A stretch of 35,882 bases of DNA from contig SVTN01000003.1 in NCBI GenBank assembly GCA_015063765.1, positions 1 to 35,882 on the forward strand, written 5' to 3'. Position 1 is the first letter of the stretch. The number at the start of each line of letters is the position of its first letter. This DNA comes from Oscillospiraceae bacterium (GTDB lineage Bacteria; Bacillota; Clostridia; Oscillospirales; CAG-272). The notes beneath the pieces were generated by a model that worked only from the letters and a program-made list of their open reading frames with translations, made no database searches and was not told where the DNA came from. The translations under genes were made by a program, and so were the position numbers. Of the stretch, positions 16,955 through 26,463 are shown piece after piece.

Positions 16955-17926
16955 ATGAAGTTTCTTAACGATTTACGGTTTCAAAAAGATTTCTTGAAGC
17001 GAAATAAATCGTACTTAAAAAAGGGTGTATTCGTTCTACACGAAAATTTAAGGACCTACGTTTTAAAGGAGCGCAAGAAGGATACCTGGTTTCCCGGCAC
17101 AAAGCGCACCTTGAAAAGTAAAATAAAATCATCGGTCGCACGCCTCTTTTATTCCGTACAGGTTCGAAAAAGCGGGGGCGATTTTTCCGCACAGGCCGTC
17201 TATTTTTCAACCGTTCCGCATGTTTACAACCGCGACGCAAAATTTTTTGATTACGAAGGCAAAAGAGTCAGAACGGTTTGTCAAAACAAAGTCAGATACG
17301 ACCTATATATGCGGAACAGAACATATTTTGAAAAATATTTTCCTATGGTTGATCTGCTTTCGGCGGACGAAGAGCGCCTCGTGTTTGAGGAAAGGCTGAT
17401 CGATAAAATAAGCGTTCCGAAGGATGCATGGGAATCCGTTTTTCGAACCATTTTTGATACGTATTCTACGTATTATCAGCTGTCCGAAATTGATAAAACG
17501 AGGGTTGCTTACCGCTGTGCGCAAATTTCGGAGTCTGCCGCCGAAGCCCCCGAATTTACGACAACGCTGTTTCGGCAGCACGGCGACCTTTCTTCGGACA
17601 ATTTCATCTATGACAAAAACGGCAAGGTGTTTTTCATCGACTACGACCATGCAAACTACTATCCCGTTTTTTACGATCTGTTTTTCCTGATCGTGAACCT
17701 GCACCTTTGGAAGGGCAACGATATCGGCATAAGGCTACTGACAAGCGGTGCCTTCGATGCCTATTTTACTGATCTTTCCGAGATCGGTATTTCTTCGATA
17801 CATGATGCCTTTTTCCTGTTTGCCGATTACTACTTGAGCGTATGCCAAAAAGAAGGGCTTTCTTCTGAATGGATCGCTAAATACAAAGCGTTTTTATGTG
17901 ACACACTCGAAAGGTTAAAACGGTAA
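16955..17926 (+). CDS. APH/choline-kinase-like phosphotransferase domain protein
   Basis: HGDLSSDN and FIDYD...P..YDL motifs; ATG 16955 after gagg (TTG 16949 is an alternative start). Confidence 0.7.
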   Translation: MKFLNDLRFQKDFLKRNKSYLKKGVFVLHENLRTYVLKERKKDTWFPGTKRTLKSKIKSSVARLFYSVQVRKSGGDFSAQAVYFSTVPHVYNRDAKFFDYEGKRVRTVCQNKVRYDLYMRNRTYFEKYFPMVDLLSADEERLVFEERLIDKISVPKDAWESVFRTIFDTYSTYYQLSEIDKTRVAYRCAQISESAAEAPEFTTTLFRQHGDLSSDNFIYDKNGKVFFIDYDHANYYPVFYDLFFLIVNLHLWKGNDIGIRLLTSGAFDAYFTDLSEIGISSIHDAFFLFADYYLSVCQKEGLSSEWIAKYKAFLCDTLERLKR

Positions 17927-17928
17927 AA

Positions 17929-19392
17929 ATGGAAAAGAATTTAAAGGAAAAAACCTTTTTCAATCTGCTGTGGAGATTCGCAGAAAGATTTCTCGCGCAA
18001 AGCGTTACCCTTTGTGTTACGATCGTCTTGGCACGTATCCTTATGCCCGAGGATTACGCCGCCGTTGCGCTGATCAGTGTGTTTGTAAACATCTGCAACA
18101 TTTTTGTGACCAAAAGCTTCGGCAATTCGTTGATACAGAAGAAGGATGCCGATGACTTGGATTTTTCGACAGTATTTTACATAAATCTCACCATGACGGC
18201 AGTGATGTACATTGCCATTTTTGCGATTGCACCGTGGGTTGCAAGATTTTATGAGATGCCCATTCTATCTCCCCTGCTCCGCGTGATGGCACTTCGCATT
18301 CCGTGCGCCGCAATCAACTCGGTACAAAGCGCATATGTATCTCGGCAATTAAAATTCAAAAAGTATTTTTTTGCTACATTGTCCGGAACAATTCTTTCAG
18401 CGGGAGTCGGTATCGCGATGGCGATCCTCGGCTTCGGCGCTTGGGCGCTGGTGTTCCAATATTTAACGAACGTTGTTATCAACACCGTAGTTTTGTGGTT
18501 CACCGTCCGCTGGAGACCAAAGCTGATGTTCTCCTTCAAGCGAGCAAGATTTCTGTTTTCCTACGGCGGAAAGCTTCTTGCATCTGCATTATTGTCCGAA
18601 ACAAGCATTGAAATCAAGAGCGCTGTCATAGGCAAGGTGTATACCAGCGCCGATCTTGCATACTACACAAAAGGCAAGCAATTCCCCCAAATCATCAACA
18701 CCAACATCAACGAAAGCATCAGCGGTGTTCTTTTCCCTGTGCTTTCAAAAGCCCAAGACAGTGTACAGCTTTTGAAAAACTACATGAAAAGAGTCATAAA
18801 GGTGGCTGCCTTCGTGATCTTTCCCTTGCAGTTTGGGATGCTTGCCGTGGCACCTTCCTTTGTTTCGGTCGTACTGACAGACAAGTGGATCGGATGCGTC
18901 CCCTTCCTTCGCATTATGTGCTTGGCATTTTTGTCAACCCCCATCTTCACCGCCAATCAACAGGTCATGAAGGCGATGCGAAAAAGCGGTTGGGTCTTGA
19001 ATATTTCCCTTATCAGCAGCATTATTGGAATCGCACTCACCTTCATCGCCATTCCGTTCGGCGTAGAAGCGGTGGCGTGGGGTGCTGTTATCAGCTCTTA
19101 TGTTAACATGATCATTTCGATGGCCGTGGTAGGAAAATTGATTGGCTACGGCTTCTTCGCGCAAATGAAGGATCTTCTTTCAACCGTTCTTCTATCGGCA
19201 GCAATGGCGGCGGTCGTCATCTTAATCGGCATGCTACAGATCCACCAAACGCTCCTTTTTGTATTACAGATTTTGCTTGGAGCGATCTTTTACGTTTTGG
19301 TAGCATACTTGACAAGAATGGACAGCTATTTTTACATTATTTCCTTTATTAAGGACAAGCTCAAGAGGAGAGGTAGAAATGAAAACAGGTAA
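17929..19392 (+). CDS. wzx: Polysaccharide flippase (Wzx/WzxC-type)
   Basis: 487 aa, highly hydrophobic; LARIL.PEDY, SLIQK, G.WALV.Q, RWRP..FS, VLFP.LS, DKW. Confidence 0.9.
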   Translation: MEKNLKEKTFFNLLWRFAERFLAQSVTLCVTIVLARILMPEDYAAVALISVFVNICNIFVTKSFGNSLIQKKDADDLDFSTVFYINLTMTAVMYIAIFAIAPWVARFYEMPILSPLLRVMALRIPCAAINSVQSAYVSRQLKFKKYFFATLSGTILSAGVGIAMAILGFGAWALVFQYLTNVVINTVVLWFTVRWRPKLMFSFKRARFLFSYGGKLLASALLSETSIEIKSAVIGKVYTSADLAYYTKGKQFPQIINTNINESISGVLFPVLSKAQDSVQLLKNYMKRVIKVAAFVIFPLQFGMLAVAPSFVSVVLTDKWIGCVPFLRIMCLAFLSTPIFTANQQVMKAMRKSGWVLNISLISSIIGIALTFIAIPFGVEAVAWGAVISSYVNMIISMAVVGKLIGYGFFAQMKDLLSTVLLSAAMAAVVILIGMLQIHQTLLFVLQILLGAIFYVLVAYLTRMDSYFYIISFIKDKLKRRGRNENR

Positions 19393-20539
19393 GGTCTTGT
19401 TTCTCACAGATAAATATCTGCCGTTTCCATCCAGCAACGGAACATGTGTATCCAAAATTGTTGGCTCCTATCCGCAAAAGGAAAATGTGTATGTTCTTGC
19501 TTTTTCTTCCAGCGATGCGGAAATTCCCGGCACGAACATCCACTATTGTCGCTACAAAAGAAATCCTTCGTCGGCATTTAACCGTATCTTCGGTCACTGT
19601 CAGGATGACGGAGCGGTAACAGCGCTTTTTATGGAAGCCTGCCAAATGATCGAAGACCAAAAGATCGACACGGTGGTTTGCCTTTATCGCCCCGTTGAGT
19701 GTCTGCTTGCAGGACTGAAGCTAAAAAGCAAGTATAAGCATCTGTGCGTTATTGGATATTTTTTGGACAATATCCATGAGTGGAGCACGTCTTCAAGGGT
19801 CAAGGATCAGATCTTTTTCTTCAACCAAAAAAGATTATTGCATCAATTATACCGTTCCTTTGATTCCATCCTCTCCCTAAAGTATTATCAGCCTACGTTT
19901 GAAGAAATGCTTCGCAAAACCGAAAAGCTCTGCTATGTCGGACTTCCCTCGCTGCGAGAGTATTCGGGGGATGCGCAAAATATGTTTTCTTCAAATCACA
20001 TTAACATCGTTTACGCCGGATCCTTTTATGCAAATTGCAGAAGACCCGACCAGATCCTCGCGTTTTTGGCAGAGGTCTGCGCTCAAGTGCCCGAAATAAG
20101 AATACATCTGTATTCGTGGGGCTGCCAAGAGCTTGTGGATACCGCGAAAGAAAAAATGGGAGAAAACTTGGTTCTCTGTGGTCGCGTTTCCGCAGAGGAA
20201 GCGGAAAGAGCAATACACAGTGCCGATATCCTTTTAAATGTCGGCAACGATATGCCCTATGCAGTACCCGGAAAATTAATCGAATACTTTTCCACAGGAA
20301 AACCGATCATCAACTTTTGTTACCGTCCGTCCGACGGTGCGGCTAAAGACTGCGAAAAATATGAAAACGTCTTTAATGTGTACGCAAACGGCGACAACAG
20401 TGTCGATGATTGTGTGAAGTTTGTTTTAAATCGTCAAAGTCTTTCTTGGGACACCCTCAAGGAAAAATTTTATGACAGCTTACCCGGCTATACTGCAGAC
20501 AGAATATTGGAAACGAGGTTGAAAAGCAAGCATGTTTAA
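19379..20539 (+). CDS. Putative GT-B glycosyltransferase
   Basis: IVYAGSFY..R.P, GRVS, ADILLNVGN..VPGKLIEYFSTGKPII. Confidence 0.7.
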   Translation: MKTGKVLFLTDKYLPFPSSNGTCVSKIVGSYPQKENVYVLAFSSSDAEIPGTNIHYCRYKRNPSSAFNRIFGHCQDDGAVTALFMEACQMIEDQKIDTVVCLYRPVECLLAGLKLKSKYKHLCVIGYFLDNIHEWSTSSRVKDQIFFFNQKRLLHQLYRSFDSILSLKYYQPTFEEMLRKTEKLCYVGLPSLREYSGDAQNMFSSNHINIVYAGSFYANCRRPDQILAFLAEVCAQVPEIRIHLYSWGCQELVDTAKEKMGENLVLCGRVSAEEAERAIHSADILLNVGNDMPYAVPGKLIEYFSTGKPIINFCYRPSDGAAKDCEKYENVFNVYANGDNSVDDCVKFVLNRQSLSWDTLKEKFYDSLPGYTADRILETRLKSKHV

Positions 20540-21533
20540 TATTCCGATCGCGCTGTTTATTTTCAAACGAGCAGAAAAATCCGTTAAAATCGTCGAACAG
20601 ATTGCAAAAGCCGCACCGCAAAGGTTTTATATTGTTTCCGACGCAGGACGCAACGAAGAGGAAAAAGCCATCGTCGATGCCTGCCGCCGTGCGGTGGAAG
20701 GTGCCGTTACCTGGGATTGCGAGGTCGTGAAGCTGTATGCGGAAGAAAATCTCGGTTGCCACAACATCGGCATGAGTGCCATGAAGATCTTTGAAACGGA
20801 AAAATCCTGTATTTTCCTCGAAGACGACAATTTCCCCTCTGATAGCTTTTTTGCATATTGCAAGGAAATGTTAGAGCGCTATGAGGATAACGATGATATC
20901 CTGTGGGTGTGCGGTACCAATTATATGAATACATATGCTCCTCAAGACGGCTCGGACTATGTTTTTACACAGCATATGCTTCCCTGCGGCTGGGCGTCTT
21001 GGAGCAAAAAGTTCAACAAATATTATGAGTACGATTTCGAGCATCTGAATGAAGCCGGGATTGCCAAAGCCAAGAAAAGCTACAAAAGCCAACGGCTGTT
21101 CCGATACGACTTGAACAATTGGCAGAGCGAGGTAAGGAACAAGGCTGCACAAGGCAGATACGCATCCTGGGATTACCATATGAATTTTTCGCTCAGAGTT
21201 CACAACAAGCTGGGCATTGCTCCAAGATATAACCAAATTACCAATATCGGCGTAGATTCCTTCTCTGCACACGGCGGAAAAAGCATGGAAAACTACTTGA
21301 CAAATAAGTTTTGCATGGTTCCAAATAAGGCGTTGCAATTTCCTCTCAAGCATCCAAGCGAGATCAAGATCGATTCCAAATTTGAAAAAGCAACCGAGAA
21401 GATCATCGTACCGCCGCGCAGCTACTACTTAAAGATCGCAATCAGAAGAATGATACCCATTCCAAGAGATATTTCCATAAAAAAATCTCTGAAAGCGGGA
21501 AAAATCGTAAGAAAAGGAAACAAAGCAAAATGA
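20532..21533 (+). CDS. GT-A fold nucleotide-diphospho-sugar transferase (GT2-like, 'HlpA-like')
   Basis: PIALFIFKR, YIVSD, ENLGC, IFLEDD, GWASW, SWDY, NIG. Confidence 0.75.
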   Translation: MFNIPIALFIFKRAEKSVKIVEQIAKAAPQRFYIVSDAGRNEEEKAIVDACRRAVEGAVTWDCEVVKLYAEENLGCHNIGMSAMKIFETEKSCIFLEDDNFPSDSFFAYCKEMLERYEDNDDILWVCGTNYMNTYAPQDGSDYVFTQHMLPCGWASWSKKFNKYYEYDFEHLNEAGIAKAKKSYKSQRLFRYDLNNWQSEVRNKAAQGRYASWDYHMNFSLRVHNKLGIAPRYNQITNIGVDSFSAHGGKSMENYLTNKFCMVPNKALQFPLKHPSEIKIDSKFEKATEKIIVPPRSYYLKIAIRRMIPIPRDISIKKSLKAGKIVRKGNKAK

Positions 21534-22666
21534 GCAAGGTAGGATTGGCAACCTGCTTCTTAGACAATTACGGCGCATGTCTGCAAGCATATGCGTTATC
21601 CGGCGTTATTGCTTCGCTTGGGCACGAGTGTGAGATCCTGCAATACATCGAGCCGCAAGGATATTTCGAACCGACTCTTGTCGGTCGCATCAAAAACACA
21701 CGCCTTTATAACAAAATAAGAAGCCTTTCCCGCTCTTACAAAAACGCATATCTGTGTGAAAAGGTCAAAAGGAACTCCTTTGTAAAATTCAGAAAAAAGC
21801 ATTTAAACATTTCCAAAAGAAAATATCGCTCCGTCGAAGAACTGAAGGAAGCAAACAAATATTACGATGCTTTTGTCTGCGGCAGCGACCAAATATGGAA
21901 TCCATCCTTTTACGGAGGAAACAACAAAGCCTATTTCTTGCATTTTGCAGAAAAAGGAAAGAGAAAAATAGCATATGCTCCCAGCATTGGCTTAGATAAA
22001 ATTCCCGAGCAATATGCAGAGGATTTTTCGAGGCTTGTAAATAATCTTGATTATCTTTCGGTACGGGAAGCCTCCGCCACTCGTATCGTGAAGGAGCTTT
22101 CGGGGCGTGATGCCGTGCATGTACTTGACCCAACGCTCCTTTTAGACGCAGAGAAATGGTCAAGCATTGTAAATGAAAAAAGGCTGATACAAAAACCCTA
22201 CATATTCTGCTATCTGTTTGGAAACCACGATGAATACGCTGTCGCCATTGAGCATTTGCGCAAAGTCACCGGCGGGTTGGATGTTGTTATCGTTCCGTTT
22301 CAAAAGAAGCATTTGAATATGCCTTATACCAAGATATACGATGCCGGTCCCTCAGAATTTCTCAATTTGATCAAAAATGCACACTATGTGCTTACCGACA
22401 GCTTCCATGCGACCGTATTTTCGATCCTTTTTTCACGCCCGTTTTTCACTTTACCAAGATTCAAAAAAGATGAAAAAAACAGCATGAACTCCCGCATGTA
22501 CAGCTTGCTGGATTCGGTGGGGGCGCAGGATCGCTTGATCGACTACGCGCAGTTTGATTCCTTTTCGGCAGACGGGCAGATCGATTACGTCGCCATCCAT
22601 GACAAGCTGAACAGCCTACGCCAAGCCAGCCTTTCGTATTTGGAAGGAGCGTTGGATGGAAAATGA
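21530..22666 (+). CDS. Polysaccharide pyruvyl transferase family protein
   Basis: NYGA.LQAYAL, GSDQIWN, YAPS.G, SVRE, DPTLLL, TDSFHATVFSI. Confidence 0.9.
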   Translation: MSKVGLATCFLDNYGACLQAYALSGVIASLGHECEILQYIEPQGYFEPTLVGRIKNTRLYNKIRSLSRSYKNAYLCEKVKRNSFVKFRKKHLNISKRKYRSVEELKEANKYYDAFVCGSDQIWNPSFYGGNNKAYFLHFAEKGKRKIAYAPSIGLDKIPEQYAEDFSRLVNNLDYLSVREASATRIVKELSGRDAVHVLDPTLLLDAEKWSSIVNEKRLIQKPYIFCYLFGNHDEYAVAIEHLRKVTGGLDVVIVPFQKKHLNMPYTKIYDAGPSEFLNLIKNAHYVLTDSFHATVFSILFSRPFFTLPRFKKDEKNSMNSRMYSLLDSVGAQDRLIDYAQFDSFSADGQIDYVAIHDKLNSLRQASLSYLEGALDGK

Positions 22667-23814
22667 AGCAAATTTGTTCTCCAAAGCATTGTACCGGCTG
22701 CGGCGCATGTGTAAACGCATGCCCTAAGCAATGCATTCATCTTGACTACGATAACGACGGATTCTTGCAGCCCCGTATCGACAAGCAACAATGTATCGAC
22801 TGCGGAAAATGCGAAAAGGTCTGTCCTGACCGCTCTGCGGTCAAAAGGAGCACGCCGACACAGGCGATCGTTGCCTGCAGCCAAAACGGAGAAACCGTAC
22901 GGGCAAGCTCCTCCGGCGGAATTTTCAGTGAGCTTGCAGCAAAAGTCTTCGATCTCGGCGGGGTCGTATTCGGTGCCGTTTTTACGGAGGATTTTTCAAG
23001 CGTGCAGCACACTGTTGCCAACGCGCCCGAAGAGCTTTCAAAAATGCGTGGCTCCAAATACATCCAAAGCAACACCCTCGACACGTATAGTGAAGCGAAA
23101 AAGCAGCTTCTTGCGGGAAAAACAGTCCTGTTCAGCGGAACGCCGTGTCAAATTGCAGGACTAAAATCCTATCTTGGAAAAGAATATGAGAGCTTGATCA
23201 CGCTTGACTTTATATGTCACGGCGTTGCATCCACCAAAGCATACTGCGAATATTTAAGCTCTCTTGGCAAAAAAGAAGAACTATGCGACGTTACGTTTCG
23301 ATACAAAAAAACTGCAGATGTTCTACATGCAAACAGCACATTCAGGGCATCTTTCACAGATGGAGCTTGCTTTGAGAAAGTCTGGTTTTCCACCTCGTTC
23401 GGCTATGGTTTTGCAAACAATCTGCTAAGCCGACCGTCCTGCTCTTCTTGCCATTATGCTCACCTTTCACGAACCTCAGATATTACCGTTGCAGACTACA
23501 TCTCGGAGATTGAAGACGAATCTCTCCGCAGCGCAAGCTACGCGAAATCGCTCATACTGATCAACACGCAAAAAGGCGCAGAACTGTTTGAAAAAGCAAA
23601 AAATTCTTTGCTGTATTCCGAGATCAGTATAGCAAAAGCCGTTTCTGTATCCAAGCACTTATCTTCTCCCGCCGTGCAACACAGAAACCGAAAAAAGGTT
23701 TTCAAGTGCTTGGGCAAGCGTCCGTGGAATGAATTGTCCGCAAAATATTTTACAGTCTACAAACCGGTGCGGACCCTCAAAAGCCTAAAAAGCAAATTCA
23801 AAATATTCAAATAA
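22663..23814 (+). CDS. Coenzyme F420 hydrogenase/dehydrogenase beta-subunit-like Fe-S protein
   Basis: CTGCGACVNACP, CIDCGKCEKVCP, SSSGGIF, GSKYIQS, GTPCQ, ICHG, RPSC..C. Confidence 0.9.
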   Translation: MKQICSPKHCTGCGACVNACPKQCIHLDYDNDGFLQPRIDKQQCIDCGKCEKVCPDRSAVKRSTPTQAIVACSQNGETVRASSSGGIFSELAAKVFDLGGVVFGAVFTEDFSSVQHTVANAPEELSKMRGSKYIQSNTLDTYSEAKKQLLAGKTVLFSGTPCQIAGLKSYLGKEYESLITLDFICHGVASTKAYCEYLSSLGKKEELCDVTFRYKKTADVLHANSTFRASFTDGACFEKVWFSTSFGYGFANNLLSRPSCSSCHYAHLSRTSDITVADYISEIEDESLRSASYAKSLILINTQKGAELFEKAKNSLLYSEISIAKAVSVSKHLSSPAVQHRNRKKVFKCLGKRPWNELSAKYFTVYKPVRTLKSLKSKFKIFK

Positions 23815-23842
23815 GAGTATCAAATACAAATTGGAGATTGTC

Positions 23843-24661
23843 ATGTCTGAGTTGGATTTACAAAGATTAAAAGAGGTAGAGTTCAACATTCTAAAAGCCT
23901 TTATCTCTATTTGCAACAAGCATTCTCTTTCATATTTTCTAATCGGTGGCACGGCGCTTGGCGCTGTTCGCCACAAGGGATTTATTCCTTGGGATGACGA
24001 CATCGACGTAGGTATGCCCCGTGAGGATTATGAAAAATTCCTTGCCATTGCCCAATCCGAGCTTCCGGACGAATTGTTTCTGCAAACGCCCGAAACCGAT
24101 CCGGAATACTTACAGTGCTTTGCCAAAATCAGAAATTCAAAAACGACGTTTCGCGAAACTGTGGTAAAGCACCGTTCCATAAACCACGGCATGTTTATCG
24201 ACATCTTTCCTCTCGACGGGTGTGTAAATTACACAAGGCATCGCAGAAAAACAAAGCTGCTTCAAATACGCATTTCAGCAGACCTCGCGCTCAAGCGCTC
24301 CTTCGTAAGAAGAGCGTTGATCCTTCTTTCCAAAATACGTTACCCCTCGCTCACAAAAGCGAAAAGAAAGCTCACAGCTCTTTGGAAAGCACATCCCTAT
24401 GCTTCCTCCGAATACATTGCAAATTTCGGTGGCGCTTGGGGTAAGAAGGAGGTCGTTCCGCGGACATTCTTCGGTAAGGGAACCGAAGGCACCTTTGAAG
24501 GTCTTACTGTCCGTCTTCCCGAAAAGGCTGACGAGTATTTGACAGCAGTCTACGGTGACTACATGACACCGCCCCCACCCGAAAAACGTATCGCACATCA
24601 CCACTGTGACGTGATTGATCCTGACACATCATATATGGATTATATGGAGGCTCCTCTATGA
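23843..24661 (+). CDS. licD: LicD family phosphotransferase
   Basis: GGTALGAVRHKGFIPWDDDID, IDIFPLD, YL..YGDYM.PP; ATG 23843 after ggag. Confidence 0.9.
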   Translation: MSELDLQRLKEVEFNILKAFISICNKHSLSYFLIGGTALGAVRHKGFIPWDDDIDVGMPREDYEKFLAIAQSELPDELFLQTPETDPEYLQCFAKIRNSKTTFRETVVKHRSINHGMFIDIFPLDGCVNYTRHRRKTKLLQIRISADLALKRSFVRRALILLSKIRYPSLTKAKRKLTALWKAHPYASSEYIANFGGAWGKKEVVPRTFFGKGTEGTFEGLTVRLPEKADEYLTAVYGDYMTPPPPEKRIAHHHCDVIDPDTSYMDYMEAPL

Positions 24662-25374
24662 AAGCTTTAATTTTAAATTCCGGTCTTGGCACCCGAATGG
24701 GTGTGTATACCAAAGAGCATCCCAAGTGCATGACTGATATTTCCGCGACGGAGTCCATCCTTTCCCGTCAACTTCATTTGCTTGTCGAGGCAGGCATCAA
24801 AGAGGTTGTGATCACCACGGGATACTTTGACAAGGTTCTCATTGACTACTGCAACTCACTTGACCTTCCTCTGAACTTTACGTTCGTAAAAAATCCCGTC
24901 TACGATAAGACCAACTACATATACTCCATCTACTGTGCGCGCGATGTGTTAAAGGACGAGGATATTCTGCTTTTACACGGCGGTCTCGTCTTTGAAGCAT
25001 CCGTCCTCGCTGACGCTCTTGCCTTCCCTCACAGCTGCATGAAGGTATCTTCTACCCTTCCTCTTCCCGAAAAGGATTTCAAGGCGGTGGTAGAAAACGG
25101 CATGGTCAAAAAAGTCGGCGTTGAATTTTTTGAAAACGCTATGGAAGCACAGGCACTCTATAAACTCAACAAACCCGAGTGGAACACCTGGCTTGATCAC
25201 ATTATTTCCTTCTGTGAGTCCGATAAAACCAAGGTTTACGCCGAGGTTGCGCTCAACGAGATCACAGATCGCTGTCCCATCCACATCCTTGACGTCAAGG
25301 ATCGCCTTTGCACCGAGATCGACAATCCCGAGGACCTTGCAAAGGTGAAAGCCGCCCTCGCCGCAATTCTCTAA
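24658..25374 (+). CDS. NTP transferase, LicC/PntC-like cytidylyltransferase
   Basis: MKALILNSGLGTRMG...HPKC, NP.Y..TNYIYS, EIDNPEDL; adjacent to licD. Confidence 0.85.
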   Translation: MKALILNSGLGTRMGVYTKEHPKCMTDISATESILSRQLHLLVEAGIKEVVITTGYFDKVLIDYCNSLDLPLNFTFVKNPVYDKTNYIYSIYCARDVLKDEDILLLHGGLVFEASVLADALAFPHSCMKVSSTLPLPEKDFKAVVENGMVKKVGVEFFENAMEAQALYKLNKPEWNTWLDHIISFCESDKTKVYAEVALNEITDRCPIHILDVKDRLCTEIDNPEDLAKVKAALAAIL

Positions 25375-25415
25375 TCAAACCAACAAAAATACAAACATCT
25401 CATTTGGAGGCAAAT

Positions 25416-26462
25416 ATGTCACTATTTACTGGAAAAACCTTACTTATCACCGGTGGTACCGGCTCTTTCGGAAACGCTGTTCTCAACCGTTTTCTGCGCA
25501 CCGACATTGGTGAGATCCGCATTTTCTCACGCGACGAGAAAAAGCAGGACGATATGCGCCACGAGTTTCAGGCAAAGATGCCCGAGGTGGCGGAAAAGAT
25601 CAAGTTTTACATTGGCGACGTGCGCGATCTCGCTTCGGTGAAAAACGCAATGCACGGCGTGGACTACATCTTCCACGCGGCGGCACTCAAGCAGGTGCCC
25701 TCTTGCGAGTTCTTCCCCATTGAAGCCGTCAAGACCAACGTGCTCGGCACCGAGAACGTCCTGACCGCCGCCATCGAAGCAGGGGTCAAGAACGTCGTTT
25801 GCCTTTCGACCGACAAGGCGGCGTACCCCGTCAATGCCATGGGCACGTCGAAGGCAATGATGGAAAAGGTCATCGTGGCGAAGTCCCGCACCGTTTCCCC
25901 CGAAAAGACCAAGATCTGCTGCACCCGCTACGGCAACGTCATGTGCTCGCGCGGCTCTGTCATTCCTCTGTGGATCGAGCAGATCCGTGGGGGCAATCCC
26001 ATCACCATCACCGACGGCTCGATGACTCGCTTCATCATGTCGCTCGACGAAGCCGTCGACCTTGTCCTCTTTGCCTTTGAGCATGGTGAGAGCGGCGATA
26101 TTCTCGTCCAAAAGGCACCCGCCTGCACCATCCAGACACAGGCAGAGGCTGTTTGCGAGCTGTTCGGCGGCGATAAGAGCAACATCAAGGTCATCGGCAT
26201 CCGCCACGGTGAAAAGATGTACGAGACCCTTCTCACCAACGAGGAGTGCGCAAACGCCATCGACATGGGTAACTTCTATCGCGTACCCTGCGACAAGCGC
26301 GGCTTAAACTACGACAAATACTTTAACACGGGCGACGCCGAGCGCAACCCCTTGACCGAGTTCAATTCGAACAACACCCAGCTTCTCACCGTTGAAGAAA
26401 CCAAGGCGAAGATCGCTTCTCTCGCATACATTCAGGACGAGCTTGCAAAGGACGGAAAATAA
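25416..26462 (+). CDS. fnlA: UDP-GlcNAc 4,6-dehydratase/5-epimerase (FnlA/Cap5E/WbjB)
   Basis: ATG 25416 after ggagg; TGGTGSFG, SRDEKKQ, HAAALKQVPSCEF, STDKA.YP.NAMG.SK, RYGNV, GIRHGEK. Confidence 0.92.
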   Translation: MSLFTGKTLLITGGTGSFGNAVLNRFLRTDIGEIRIFSRDEKKQDDMRHEFQAKMPEVAEKIKFYIGDVRDLASVKNAMHGVDYIFHAAALKQVPSCEFFPIEAVKTNVLGTENVLTAAIEAGVKNVVCLSTDKAAYPVNAMGTSKAMMEKVIVAKSRTVSPEKTKICCTRYGNVMCSRGSVIPLWIEQIRGGNPITITDGSMTRFIMSLDEAVDLVLFAFEHGESGDILVQKAPACTIQTQAEAVCELFGGDKSNIKVIGIRHGEKMYETLLTNEECANAIDMGNFYRVPCDKRGLNYDKYFNTGDAERNPLTEFNSNNTQLLTVEETKAKIASLAYIQDELAKDGK

Positions 26463-26463
26463 G

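Noticed and set aside
20532-21533. Haemolysin interpretation of the 'HlpA-like' protein
   Set aside because: GT-A motifs (EDD) and operon context indicate a glycosyltransferase
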